DNA of 64,000 bases from Octopus sinensis. Taxonomy: Eukaryota. This document shows, in pieces, positions 13,548-26,133 of the stretch. How positions within the stretch are numbered: the first letter of the stretch is position 1; every line of letters starts with the position of its first letter. A program made the position numbers and the translations under genes. The notes under the pieces were generated by a model, which saw only the letters and a list, made by a program, of their open reading frames with translations, searched no databases and was not told where the DNA came from. The stretch covers positions 201,252,001 through 201,316,000 of the forward strand of contig NC_042998.1 of the NCBI RefSeq assembly GCF_006345805.1, in the 5' to 3' direction.

Positions 13548-13596
13548 GTGTGTGTATGTATGCATGTATGTATGTATGTATATATATATATTATAT

Positions 13597-13666
<70 letters not shown>

Positions 13667-13680
13667 TATATATACATAGA
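13410..13680. repeat. (CA)n/(TA)n compound microsatellite
   Basis: Direct read. Confidence 0.97.
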
Positions 13681-15084
13681 AGTATATATGCATGATATAT
13701 ATGGAAGCACGAATGAGAAATTTTGAGTCGTGTGGTTCTGATGCTGGCTATGTTCTAGAAACGGGTGATTTATCGAATATCATGACTATCTTCTGGACAA
13801 ATGATAATAATGTGATGTGGGGCCCGGTATTCACTAAATACGAGAAAGACAATAGCTTAGCAGAGATCTACAATTCTCACACAAATGCGAAGTTAAAGTT
13901 TGGAAGCTTATATTCTTTCCTATCAGATAAGCTTTCTGCGCTCATGAATATATATTGAAATAGCTCATTCTTTTAATTATTTAGTGGTAAGAAGTACAAA
14001 AGCTTATTTCCTCAGCCTTATTCTGTGCACTAACCTAAATATTGTTCAAATAAAAATATTAGCATTAGAATCGAAGAGATGACTTCGTTTAATTCCGCAT
14101 TATTTGAATATGCGGTGCAATTACAATAAAATACAAGAAACAAGAACAATTCTGTTGAGTATGTATTTTTTTTTTTTGCATTCCTTTCTCTCTTGCAACT
14201 TGTATTTTACAGCATTTAAATTGCATATTTTTTTCTAGTTTCTTTTCCTCTTTTGTTGTTTTATTTATTCTGTCCTTGTATACTTTGTTTTCGCAACGCT
14301 AAAATTTTGCCATTCCTTAGGGGATTTTACATTTTCTCTATGATGTTCTTTACGCACGAAGCTTTATGCTAAATTTGATATCGAAAAAGAAAAAAATAGC
14401 TTAATCTTGTAGAATCATATTTTCTAGTTTATTCCACCCTTCTATTCCAACTGGCAATGGCAACTATGCCTTTTCGTCATTTTATCATGTTTCAAAAATT
14501 TTTATTTAATCCACATTTGTTGTTTCATTCTATTCATTATGTGTCTTTTTCGACATGGCCGTCAGTTCTTTCCAAGCTTTGACTTCTTCAACGCTTTGCA
14601 TTTCTTCCCAGGCTCTTCACTTCTAACATTTGAAAATCCATGCATATTTTATTTACAGAAGTAGCAATATCAGGGTTATTTATCAACAAAGCCATCAGCA
14701 TCACATAGCCGGTTGATTTTCTATTTCGCATGAAAAAGAATTCACTCAGTGATCATAGTGTTTATTTTTGACTTGTTTTGTTTTATTGTAACGTATCTTT
14801 ATTTCAGTGGATTACATTGTTCCCTTTCAAAACAACGTTTGGTAATATTTGATTTGCATTTTTATATATTAACGACTTCATATCATATCATTTCATATCA
14901 TGTGCTCCATGCTTTTTTTTTCTGTTATTCTGTCCTTTTCGTATGTTAATCCTCTACTGAGAGAATCGCTATATGGCAGGGTAATATTTTATCACAGGTT
15001 ATTTTAATGTTAACAATGTTTAACACAGACCTGCCGAAAATCAGAACATGAATATCCGGAAACGCAGCAAATACTCACCGTGGT

Positions 15085-15240
15085 AAAGGCGACAAACAGG
15101 CAGAATCGTTAGCGTGCCGGACAAAATGTTTAACGGTAATTTGTCCGTTTTTATGTTCCGATTTTAAATTTCGCTGAGGTCGACTTTGCCATTCATCATT
15201 TCTATATTAATAAGTACCAGTTGAGTACTGAGGTTGTAAT
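15085..15240 (+). mobile_element. Diverged SINE family B copy
   Basis: ggcagaatcgttagcgtgccggacaaaatg...gaggtcgactttgccattcatc...taagtaccag. Confidence 0.75.
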
Positions 15241-16727
15241 AGTTTTACACTTCTCCGAAATGTATTGGCCTTATGCCAAAATTTGAAAACTATATTACAT
15301 CATGTAAGCTAAATAAAGTTTTCTATGTGATTTAAGAAAGATTTCATGAAGTCACATACATCTAACAATTTTTTAGTGACTCGATTATATGTATAACCAT
15401 ATCTTGACAGCTTTTAAAATCCGTGAAACTTTGCCTAGTCATAAATGGAATATAATTTTGTAGTGCAACTGAAAAAACAAAAAGATAAAATATGTTTCAA
15501 AATACTATAGTCGTGGTGTACATAGAATACCAGCTGGGATTTGAGTGAATACAAGTTTCAGATGTACCCCCGCGTTGAACCTGTACTACAGTAATTGTTC
15601 CTCATGTGACTATTCATATATTTACATTCCTTTCAAATATTTCTCGATCATGTGAAATGGAATATACATATATAATCACCATTGATTTATTTAATCTGTC
15701 ATCTTAACTCTTTAAGAAAGAAGAAATTAATCCGCTGATTGAAACATCCATGGGTACTTATTTGATTCTGTTGCATTTACATGTGCAATATTTTTGTTTT
15801 AGAATCACCCAATATAGCAATCATATCAGAAATGAACAAAAAATATATTCAACGAGTTTGCTACAATAATTTCCTGATTAGTGGTTGAAGCTTGAGTGAG
15901 ACTAAAATTAGAATAATGCAATTCGTTTCAGCTTCATCAGTTTAAGGAAATTATGACAAAAATATTTAAATAACGAATAAATCAGCTAACAAAAATTAAA
16001 AGAAATTATAATAACACGGAAAGTTAATATGGCAAATGGAATAATATTGCTTTAAGTGACAAGTGGACATTGAGATATTAGATATCTTTTTTGTAATATC
16101 AAAATAAATTGGATATTTTTCTGATGACTGAAATTTAGATCGTAAATGACAAAACTGATTCCATGATATATTTTCTGTTTAATATTGTTAGAGATCATAT
16201 ATTAAATATTTCCTGAAGGAATAAAAAGTAAATGAGATATGAAGAACATTTCTAATTCCAGAGGACGATCCTCACCAAATATCTTATATTGAATCCGAAT
16301 ATTTAATGTCTACTAATATATGAAGTAAAATAAAATAAATGTAAATATACTCCGCTATAAAGTAGAAACAGGTTTTGCTGCTTCATATTATGGAAACTAT
16401 TCCAATGTATACTTATCGATAAAAAATATTTAATAATAATAATTATAATTATAATTATAATTATATATGTGTGTACGTGAAAAGAAAAGCGTTTCTCCTG
16501 CCTATCACAAACATTTGACAGTTTTCATGCATTTACCCGTAACGTACATATGAAATCCCAAACTAACCTTCACAAATTTTGTTTATTTAAAATACATTTT
16601 GTCTATAATACTTGTCCAAATACATTGATAATATATCCTTATGTTGTTACTCGAGACACAAAATAGTTCACACTCAAGGGGATGTACATGACAAGGATCT
16701 CATTCCAATGTTTATATACATATATAT

Positions 16728-16830
16728 TGATAAAACGGTAAGATAACAAAAGAAAGAAAGAGACCTCAATATTATGTAAATAGAGGAAATTTATCTATAC
16801 AATATGTTACATTACTCGGTAATGTCTCTT
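16728..16830 (-). mobile_element. PLE terminal-repeat fragment, same family as 33447-33692
   Basis: Shares acctc[a/g]atattatgtaaatagag[g]aaat with 33486-33512. Confidence 0.6.
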
Positions 16831-18386
16831 AATTCTATTACGTACCGATTAATAATTTAGATGCAGCTTATTAAGTTACCACAAGTAGCATCTCAATGGC
16901 TTCCTTATAATCTGAGAATCTTATTCCTGTCTTTTAATTAATTCACTGTCCTGTTTTCATACTCAAATATACACAAATTTACATACAATTATATTTGAAA
17001 AATTGCTTTCGTCTGATTCGAAAAACAATATCACTTATAAAAAAAAATATTCCATCATTTCTACGTCCTAGTTTATAATGGTGGCTAAAATATTATTCGA
17101 CCGACTATTTACATGAGTAAATAATTTCAGTTAGAAATTCTTCGGAGTAAGAAAATGTCTATTGATAAGGTGAAAGAAAATGTGGCATCAATGATTCTAT
17201 GAACTCGATAGAAAACTTACTGAATTTTATATGAGTATATTCGCTATTGCTTCAAATAATTAGTGTCCAAATTTTGAACGCGGATCAAACTTTCTCAAAT
17301 TGAATTACAAATAGGAATGAAGAATTCTCTAAGGAAAATATAGTGTTTACTTCGTTTTACGGTTTAGTATGACCACCGTTCTGTGTTTAATATGGCCACA
17401 TTGATGTAATCGCATTCAACTATTTAATGTATTTCTTGCCCTTTCTTGCTTCACATAACAGAAGTGTCGAATTTCGTCTAGCTCGGCAATAATACACTAT
17501 AAAAGGTGGTACTCTACCGATTTTCATTAGTTATTACACACCCCAGACAGCAGAAATTATTATAATTAATTTGTATACATATATGCATGCAATTGTCCTC
17601 TTGTAATAAATCGTGTTAAAGAGAAATGGCATAGTAGAAAATTATATTATTAAGTAATCAAGAGAAATAGAAATGTATTAAGTTGGTTTACGTCCTATAC
17701 TTCCCTCTTAAATTGCTACCATAATCGAAAATTGAAAGCATCCTAACTTGATATTCGTCCCACTTTATTAGTTAATAAATCAACAGAAAGTTGACTAATG
17801 TTGATGATATCAAGTGATGTTTAGCTGCAACAGCATTGTAATTACGGGAACGGTTTTCATACAATAATACACTTGACAAATCTCGAATATTCGCATGAAG
17901 TGTAATAGTTATGTTAAGTTTCTAGTCTTGGTTAACGCTTTTCAAATGTTAAATGATTATTTTTACTATTTTGTTATTCTAGTATATATTTTGTCATACA
18001 TCTGATTCCTTGCACCTGTTACATATTTGTAGCAAACTAATGAATGATATATATTTGAGAGTTGGACGTGCCAAGCGGTTCCAATAATATATTGCAATTT
18101 TGTAACAAAAACATTGAATAAGGCATGCTTAAAATTTAATCCCTGCGGCTGTAAATTCATCCCTTCCTGTTTCCAAATACAACTAAATTATTATCATTAA
18201 CTTGCAACCGAATATAGAGACGGAAAATTGGCAACGTTAACTGCAGTAAATTATCTGCTGCAGAACTTTTTCCGGAATTTAGACATTTTGAAAATAACAC
18301 CAATATAATCGGTAGAACTAAGCGCATGTCTAGTTTTATATGGACAGATAGTGTTTAGTTTTTCAAATTATATTGAAATTGGAACG

Positions 18387-18461
18387 ATCGTACTGACGAG
18401 TTCTGCGGACGAAGTATTACGTAAGTAATTTATTCGGTAACCGACGAAACTGGTATACGAT
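18387..18461 (+). ncRNA. Type I hammerhead ribozyme motif (H1)
   Basis: Stem I atcgta/tacgat, core CTGACGA (18393-99), G10.1-C11.1, long irregular stem II, and GAAA-CTGG-TA with predicted cleavage after 18455. CTGG is probably a CpG-decayed CCGG. Confidence 0.65.
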
Positions 18462-18734
18462 TAATTTTTTGATTTTTATATAATTTTCATATGTCCTGTT
18501 CGCTTATGTGCTGGTGTTCGCTGAATTGTTCTCTGAAGAACTTTTTTTCCTTGTAGTTAGATCGTACGTGATATTCTTCTAGCGTATGGTTATCCACCTA
18601 GTGGTTTCCCTAAATATATACATGTATTGAAATGTTTTCTGAGTCTTCATCAGATTTTTTATAAGCTAGGCTCCTGGTTTTAAATTGATATTAATTAAAT
18701 TAATATTCAATTTATCTCCTTCATTATTTATATG

Positions 18735-18782
<48 letters not shown>

Positions 18783-18791
18783 ATATATATA

Positions 18792-20224
18792 TACTTGATA
18801 CTTTGATACTTTGATACTTTGATAGGTTTCGGCCATTATTGGCCCAGGCCATGTCTAACTTAATAGCACCACCTGGTGAAGTCTTTCAAGTCAGAACTTG
18901 GGCACTATGGCCCACTCAAGTAGAGAGTTATTGTTTACAGAGACATATCCGGGTGTAGGGGGTTTATCCGGGATTTCTTGAAGGAACCTGTCCAAAGACT
19001 TCTTGAACCCTATAGGGTCAGTTTCTGTTTTAATGTGTTTTGGTGTAATGTTAAAGAGAGCGGGGCCAATTGAGGTGAAATAATTGTGCCGTATTGTTGT
19101 TATGAGATGAGAGTGCAATTTTTGTTTTGGGCGGATGGCACGGGGCCCAAGCCTTGGATGTACCTTAAAGGTGATGCCAACATCATTTGGGCAATGCTGA
19201 TGGAATATTTTCCAGATCATGCAGATGATGTAGCGCTCACGACGACGTTGGAGAGAATAAAGTTTTAGCTTTTCTAGTCGACCCCAATAGTCGAGGCCTG
19301 TCATGCCATCTATCTTTCTTGTGATTGCCCTTTGAGGTGCTTCAACTTTTATGATACTTTGTATTGTGTGGGGAGACCGCAGTGGACAACAGTATTCAAG
19401 GTGGGGTCGGGCAAAAGTGGAGAAGAGAAGGATGACGGTGTGGATATCTCTCGACTGGAAAGTTCTGAGAATCCAGGAACACATTCTGCGGGCCATGTTT
19501 ATATGAGTGGCCCAGCTTATGTTGTTGTCCACAATTACTCCCAAGTCTCTGATGTTGTTGGACGCCGCGAGAGTTTCACCTGAAGGAAGGGAGTATGGGA
19601 GTTTCAGGGCATCCTCTTTTCCAAAGTGGATTAACTCAAATTTATCCTCGTTCAGCAGCATATTGTTTTTTTCTGCCCATTGGATAACAGCCAGTAGATC
19701 TGACTGAAGGCATGTCCGGTCCCTCGCCTCATTTATGACCTACTGTAGCTTGGAATCATCTGCAAAGATTTTTATGTTGCTGTGCTTGATGATGTCATTG
19801 ATGTCATAAATGTAGATGATGAAAAGAAGTGGGCCCAGTACAGTGCCTTGCGGAACGCCACTACTGATTTTGGCTGGGCTTGATTTTACCCCTTCAACTA
19901 CAACATGTTGAAATCTGTCTGTCAGGAAACGCTTGATCCATTTCAGTAACTTTCCAGAGACACCAATGTTGGATAGTTTTTTCAATAGGATCTTGTGATC
20001 GACCCTGTCGAAGGCCTTACTGAAATCAAGGTAGATGACATCGGTGTTGGAGCCCTCTCCCAAAGCTCTCAAAATGTCATCAAAGTGATGCAGGAGCTGC
20101 GTTAGGCAGTCCCTTCCATTACGGAACCCATGTTGGTTAGAGATCAGCCGTCTGTTGCTTTCCAGAAATCGGGTTATTCGAGATCTCACCACCCTCTCAA
20201 ATACCTTGATGATATGAGAGGTGA
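18792..20224 (-). mobile_element. 5'-truncated CR1-clade LINE (RT + C-terminus + 3' UTR), inserted in (TA)n
   Basis: [60 protein letters not shown]. One stop near 19740. 8-bp tandem tail (ATCAAAGT)n at 18792-18823. Confidence 0.95.
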
Positions 20225-20259
20225 TACATATATATATATACATATATATATATACATAC

Positions 20260-20350
<91 letters not shown>

Positions 20351-20480
20351 ACATATATACATATATACATGCATATATATACATACATATATATACATAT
20401 ATATATATATATATACACGCACTCAAAGGAACATGCACAAAAACTACACGCATATACACACATACATACATACATACAAA
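20225..20480. repeat. (TA)n/(TACA)n microsatellite
   Basis: Direct read. Confidence 0.95.
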
Positions 20481-21003
20481 CTTTTTCTGGGTGAACAATT
20501 AGATGTACGACAATACATCTAGATTAACATTCTATAGTGATCTTACAGTTTAGTAGTGAGTCTATAACTTTCTGAATAGTTTTATTAATTATCACTTACT
20601 GAGCGTACGTTTGGAGAAATTAGGTTAAACACGAGTATAAATTATTTGTTCTTATATAGGCTTCACCATTGCAGTTATTTGGAATGCAGCGTTGGATATT
20701 CCAACCGAATTTGGATACCTAACCGTCATTGTTTATTAGAAGAGAGTTTTGTATTATTCTATTACAGAGATCTAATATCTGAAGTTATACACATGGTGAG
20801 GGAATGCGTCTGACTTCAGATATTAGATCTCCATAATAGAATTCAATAAAATGCTTCCCTAATGACCCACCGCATTGCGGCTTCCAAATACACTGAGCAT
20901 ATTTAATGTTGTGTTCTAATTAGTTGTTATGGTGAAACACATATATGAACTAATGATTTATGCTCGTGTTCATCTTGTCTTCCCTGTATATGCATATATA
21001 TTA

Positions 21004-21084
<81 letters not shown>

Positions 21085-21093
21085 ATATAATAT

Positions 21094-21360
21094 ATGAAGG
21101 TTGTCTCCGTTAGCTTAAGTCATTGATTTCAAGGCTCTCCCCTGTTTTCGCCGAGACTTGAATTCAGTAGTGGGAGATAGACCCTAAGTGTGAGCCGCGA
21201 GAGCTTGTTTGTCGGAATGCATTCATGGCTGTCCGACAAATGCGCTCTCGCGGCACACAGCATGGCTATATCAACCACAACTGAATTCAAACCACGGTGA
21301 AGAGAGGTTTGAAGAGGTCGACGACTTTAATATAACGGAGACTTTAATATAACGCTCGTA
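21094..21360. mobile_element. Mariner-like MITE with nested inverted repeats
   Basis: gtctccgtta/taacggagac (21103-12 and 21333-42), ttgaattcagt/actgaattcaa, and an inner GC-rich hairpin ccgcgagagc..tttgtcgga/tccgacaaa..gctctcgcgg. The right end is ctcg-TA. Confidence 0.6.
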
Positions 21361-21436
21361 TATCGCCTAAGAAAACGCAACTAGATCTCCTTATGCAAGC
21401 AAACAGTTGCATAATCAAATACTTGTATTGTTGGAG

Positions 21437-21657
21437 AACAACGTTGCGTGTGAACAATTGTAGCGAAAACTGAACCCCTTCTTCCTGACTCCGATTTCTT
21501 CAATTTTATATTAGCACTGGACGAATGCGCGAATTTAAACTCGGAAGTATATAATAATACTAATATGTAATAGTAATGTGTTATTCTGAATGTGGACCAG
21601 CTTATACTCTACAACTTTCCTAACGGAATATAACATAGCTATATATATATTATATAT

Positions 21658-21689
<32 letters not shown>

Positions 21690-22139
21690 ATAAATATTAG
21701 GGAATAAATCCAAATTTACAGGGAAAAAATCAGATTTAGGATTAAATCCAATTTTATAGTAAAATATTATATAATATTAATTAGAGACAAAACCACTATT
21801 TTGCAAAACAAGCAAGGAAAGACTTATTCAATACATAAAATTTTAATAAAAAGTAAAAAAACCGCCACTACAATTGTTTCATGTCTTGAACGACAATCTT
21901 CAGGTGGATTTCCGATTTTCAAATCAGTTTCAAATTATGAAAAATTATGTTTGTTTTGCAAAATAGAGTATAAAGCTCGTCCACATTCAGAATAACCCAG
22001 TACTATTACATATTAGTATTATTATATACTTCCAAGTTTAAATTCGAGCATTCGTCGAGTGCGAATATAAAATTGAAGAAATTGGAGTCAGGAAGAAGGG
22101 GTTCAGTTTTCGCTACATTTGTTCACACGCAACGTTGTT
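21437..22139. repeat. Inverted repeat (~175-bp arms, 21437-21611 and 21964-22139) around a PLE pLTR
   Basis: The arms are reverse complements, e.g. gtagcgaaaactgaaccccttcttcctgactcc. Each arm carries an HHR 3'-half remnant (GAAC-AATT-GTA or GAAC-AAAT-GTA). Confidence 0.85.
21865..21907 (-). ncRNA. Minimal type I hammerhead ribozyme motif (H2), complete
   Basis: Minus strand: ccac-CTGAAGA-T-TGTC-gttcaa-GACA-T-GAAA-C-AATT-GTA^gtgg. Stem I is 4 bp, stem II 4 bp, stem III 2 bp with a palindromic AATT loop. Confidence 0.9.
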
Positions 22140-22160
22140 TTGCATAATGTTTGTCTCTAA

Positions 22161-22226
<66 letters not shown>

Positions 22227-22430
22227 TGTGTGTGTGTGTGTGCGTGTGTGTATGTGAATTAATATACACAGTATACAGTTACGAACTACTAATAGTTTTA
22301 TGCCTTGTAGATGCAGGGACCTTGTAAACTGGTAAACTTTATAGGCCATCTGCTAAGATCCTCGCAGCTGCTAGGAGACACAAGGTGTATTACTGAAAGT
22401 TGCCTAGACTCTAATTCCAATTCTTGAAAG

Positions 22431-22849
22431 CATGTATTTCTTTATTGCCCACAAGGTGCTTAACACAGAGGGGACAAACAAGGAAAGACAAAGATATTAA
22501 GTCCATCACATCAACTCCAGTGCGTAACTGGTATTTATTTAATCGTCCCCAAAAGGATGAAAGTCATATTCGATCTCGGCGGAATTTGAGCTCAGAACGT
22601 AACTGCAGACGAAATACCTATTTCTTTAATACCCACAAGGGGCTAAACACAGAGAGGACAAACAAGGACAGACAAACAGATTAAGTCGATTATATTGACT
22701 CCAGTGCGTAAATGGTACTTATTTAATCGTCCCCGAAAGGATGAAAGGCAAAGTCGACTGCGGTGGAATTTGAACTCAGAACGTAAAAACAGACGAAATA
22801 CTGCTAACCATTTCGCCCGGCGCGCTAACGATTCTGCCAGCTCGCCGGC
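22431..22849 (-). mobile_element. Dimeric SINE family B with target-site duplication
   Basis: Full monomer plus a 5'-truncated second unit, junction gacgaaatacc|tatttcttt. TSD ttcttgaaag at 22421-30 and 22850-59. Confidence 0.9.
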
Positions 22850-23782
22850 TTCTTGAAAGTATTAGTAGCTCATACTTGCATACAGTGTATATCAAATAAT
22901 AATTTTTTCTCACTGGATAGGGTACTTTTTTGGAAGTGTAACCTTAACAGAAAACTATATATATGTATGTGTGTGTATTTATGTATGTACATACATGTGT
23001 ACATATGTGTGTGTATTTATGTATGTACATACATGTGTACATATGTGTGTGTCTATTCACACACATAGATGCGAATATTTTCCTTGTGTGCCAGTGCACC
23101 ATTATATGTGTGTAGGCACATGCATATATGGGTAGGCCAGTGTGCGTGTATTAATGTATATGAAAGGAAAGTGTATTTAAGTACATGTATATCAATCTTT
23201 ACCCTGATGTGATTTGGCGTGTAGCAGCAGAGAAAATCCTTAAATAATATATGTTGAACGAGATTTAGTTTGCATTGCCCTGTTCCTCTGCTTAACATAC
23301 TTTTCCCTAAAATTGATTATACTCCTCGATGACATCTCGTGTCGTTTGTTAAGTAATCAATCTCGGTCTACGCAGAGCGTTGAATGTATTTGCCAGCGGA
23401 TCGAGGGAGTCGTAGATTTTACTAAGCGGATCCTCACCCTTCTAGCATTTAACGGAAAGTGAAATGTTCTTCAAATTACATCTGTTAGCAAATACTTTAT
23501 ATGCTTTAATTCTTTTCTTTTGTGTTTTAATGGAAATGATATTAAGTAACATGGATTGAACCGGGGCATATGGGAAATTCCATTAGAGATTCACTGAGAA
23601 TTTAGATTGGCTAATCACTCTTACGATGTTAAGTACTCTCTAAGCATTACTGATATGTAGCTTGACATCGTCCTTACTAAGATACTATTTTGCTATAAGT
23701 ATACTAAACGAACGTGTCGCTTTCCACTGTACTACTATACCTTGAGATAAACCTATCTACCTAGATTTATACGATGCATTTC

Positions 23783-23847
23783 GATTTTCTAGTTTAATAT
23801 AGAAACAAGTATACCATGAATCATATTTTAAAATGAGAAATATGTAT

Positions 23848-23904
<57 letters not shown>

Positions 23905-23905
23905 C

Positions 23906-23981
<76 letters not shown>

Positions 23982-24459
23982 CACACATATATATACTCAA
24001 AATAAGCAACAAGAATAACTTCGGTAATTTGGTACGATCGTACATTTTATTAAATGCTGTAAGTATTACAACAGTTTTAAAATGTTGAGCAATCATCAGC
24101 CATTAATAGATGTTTCCCATTAATACATAATTTCATATATGAAAATTATGTATTAATGGAAAACCTCTATTATATATATATATATGAAAGTTATGCATCA
24201 ATGGAAAACCTCTATTAATGGCTGATGATTGCTCAACATTTTAAAACTGTTGTAATACTTATAACATTTAATAAAATGATGTAGCGTGAAACGATCGTAC
24301 CAAATTACGAAGTTATTCTTGTTGCTTATTTTGAGTATATATATATATGCGTGTGTGTGTGTGTGTGCGTGTGTGTGTGTGTGTGCGTGTGTGGATACAT
24401 ATTTCACATTTTAGAATATGATTCATGGGATAGTTGTTTCTATAATAAACTGGAAAATC
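23783..24459. repeat. ~680-bp head-to-head palindrome of PLE pLTR sequence, microsatellites included
   Basis: The arms are reverse complements, centred near 24138 on attaatacataatttcatatatgaaaattatgtattaat. A short duplication lies at 24181-24217. Confidence 0.9.
24219..24302 (+). ncRNA. Type I hammerhead ribozyme motif (H3)
   Basis: tgg-CTGATGA-T-tgct-caacatttta...taaaatgatg-t-agcg-T-GAAA-C-GATC-GTA^cca. The mirror copy at ~24028-24105 (-) has lost GAAA by deletion. Confidence 0.85.
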
Positions 24460-24705
24460 ACCCTCCCAGGCACAAGTCTGGGCAAGTTTGTTTTTATGGA
24501 AGACCAGCAGTCGCCCATGCATACCACCCTCCCCTCACCACGCCACCAGTGTTATCCAAGACAACGGCAAAGGCCGATACAGCTTGGCACCTGTGACGTC
24601 GCAACTCATTTCTACAGCTGAGTGAACTGGAGCAACGTGAAATAAAGTGTCTGTCTCAAGAACACAATACGCAGCCTGGTCCGGGATTCGAGCTCACAAC
24701 CTTCC
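24455..24705 (-). mobile_element. CORE-type SINE family D
   Basis: B-box-like ctcgaatccc, CORE-like cactttatttcacgttgctccagttcactcagctg, and tail gtgccaagctgtatcggcctttgcc. Related copy at 51885-52115. Confidence 0.8.
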
Positions 24706-25744
24706 CTCTCTCCTCGTGAGAGGGGAGAAAGAAGGAGAGAGAGACAAATGGGCAATGTTTTACCAAGGATAAAAACTATCATTGACATCGTCATCATTTA
24801 TCCCTTAGCGAGATTTTACAGTTAAAAACAGAAATTCACTGAGAAGCCAGTGGATGGCCAGGCCCGGTGTTCCAACCTCCTCTGGTTGATTTTCTGTCGA
24901 ATACCAGGGATTTATGAGACCAACCAGAAGTGGTTGCTCCGATAATGTAATCAGTATGGGACACAGCATTTTCGTAAATTATACATGTTGATCTGAAGAA
25001 TATTCTCCATCCACTGTTGTAGGTGAGTGATGTGTTCATTGAATATTAATATATTTCTAGAAACTGTTTTAAAGATCGGAAAAAGGATTTTCAAAAGCCT
25101 ATTGCTATTCATTTACTCATATGCCTAACCTGCATTTCCTTTCATAGCGCGATTGGTAGCACCATATATTGCGAATTTACAGCAATTTACATTTCCAAAG
25201 TTTAACGCTGAATTAACATACGAGCATATAAAACAAAGTTACTGCATAGAGAATGTCTCTATCAAAGTCTGCATCAATAATGGTAGAATAGTCCTATAAA
25301 ACAGACATCGATTGTTGCAACGAAAGCAATGTTAGTGCTTTGCATAATTAATCTGTAACGTGAGAGTTCAGCAGTGGATCAATGGGGAAGCTTGGAGGAA
25401 TGTTGCTGCATACAGCTTTCTGCTAAACATCTGCTAAACCAATACGAAGATTTTTAATAGAAGTATCGGCCAAAATGGTTTATTCGGCGATTTGGGGGGG
25501 GGGGATTCGTGGGACTCACCAAACTGGAGATGTTAAGATATGAAAATAATAAAAAAGGAAATTATAAACTAACTCATGTGACATTGAAGCTATTTTCAGT
25601 TGCAGAGAAATCCGTGTGGTTTAATAGTTTTCCGCAAAGTCAGTATTTGGAATCATTGCGTGTATTTATTATTTATGGGCTTTGTTTGTTTAGAGAACCG
25701 TAAATGATGTGAACTATAAATATATACAAGCACATATCTACTAC

Positions 25745-25775
25745 CACCAACAGCAGCGCCACAACTACTACAACA

Positions 25776-25851
<76 letters not shown>

Positions 25852-25950
25852 TACTACTACTACTACTAATACTATACTACTACACTACTACTACTACACT
25901 ACTATAATACTACTATAAATATATACATATATATATATATATATACTATA
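25745..25950. repeat. (CTA)n followed by (TA)n microsatellite
   Basis: Direct read. Confidence 0.95.
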
Positions 25951-26069
25951 TATATATGTTATATTTCTACATATTGCCATTTTAGCCATAAAAACACACG
26001 CACTATATATTGGTGTTATTTTGCTTCAGTGATATTTATTTTTTACATAATCTTAACAATCATATTTAA

Positions 26070-26133
<64 letters not shown>

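Noticed and set aside
13725-13775. CTGATGC...GAAACGGGTG
   Set aside because: A9 and H17 are non-canonical and there is no stem I. Similar rejections apply to the near-matches at ~26610-26675, ~27615-27650 and ~39305-39350.
22431-22849. Tandem ~180-bp units as a CRISPR-like or satellite array
   Set aside because: Only two units, no spacers, and flanked by a TSD. This is a SINE dimer in eukaryotic DNA.
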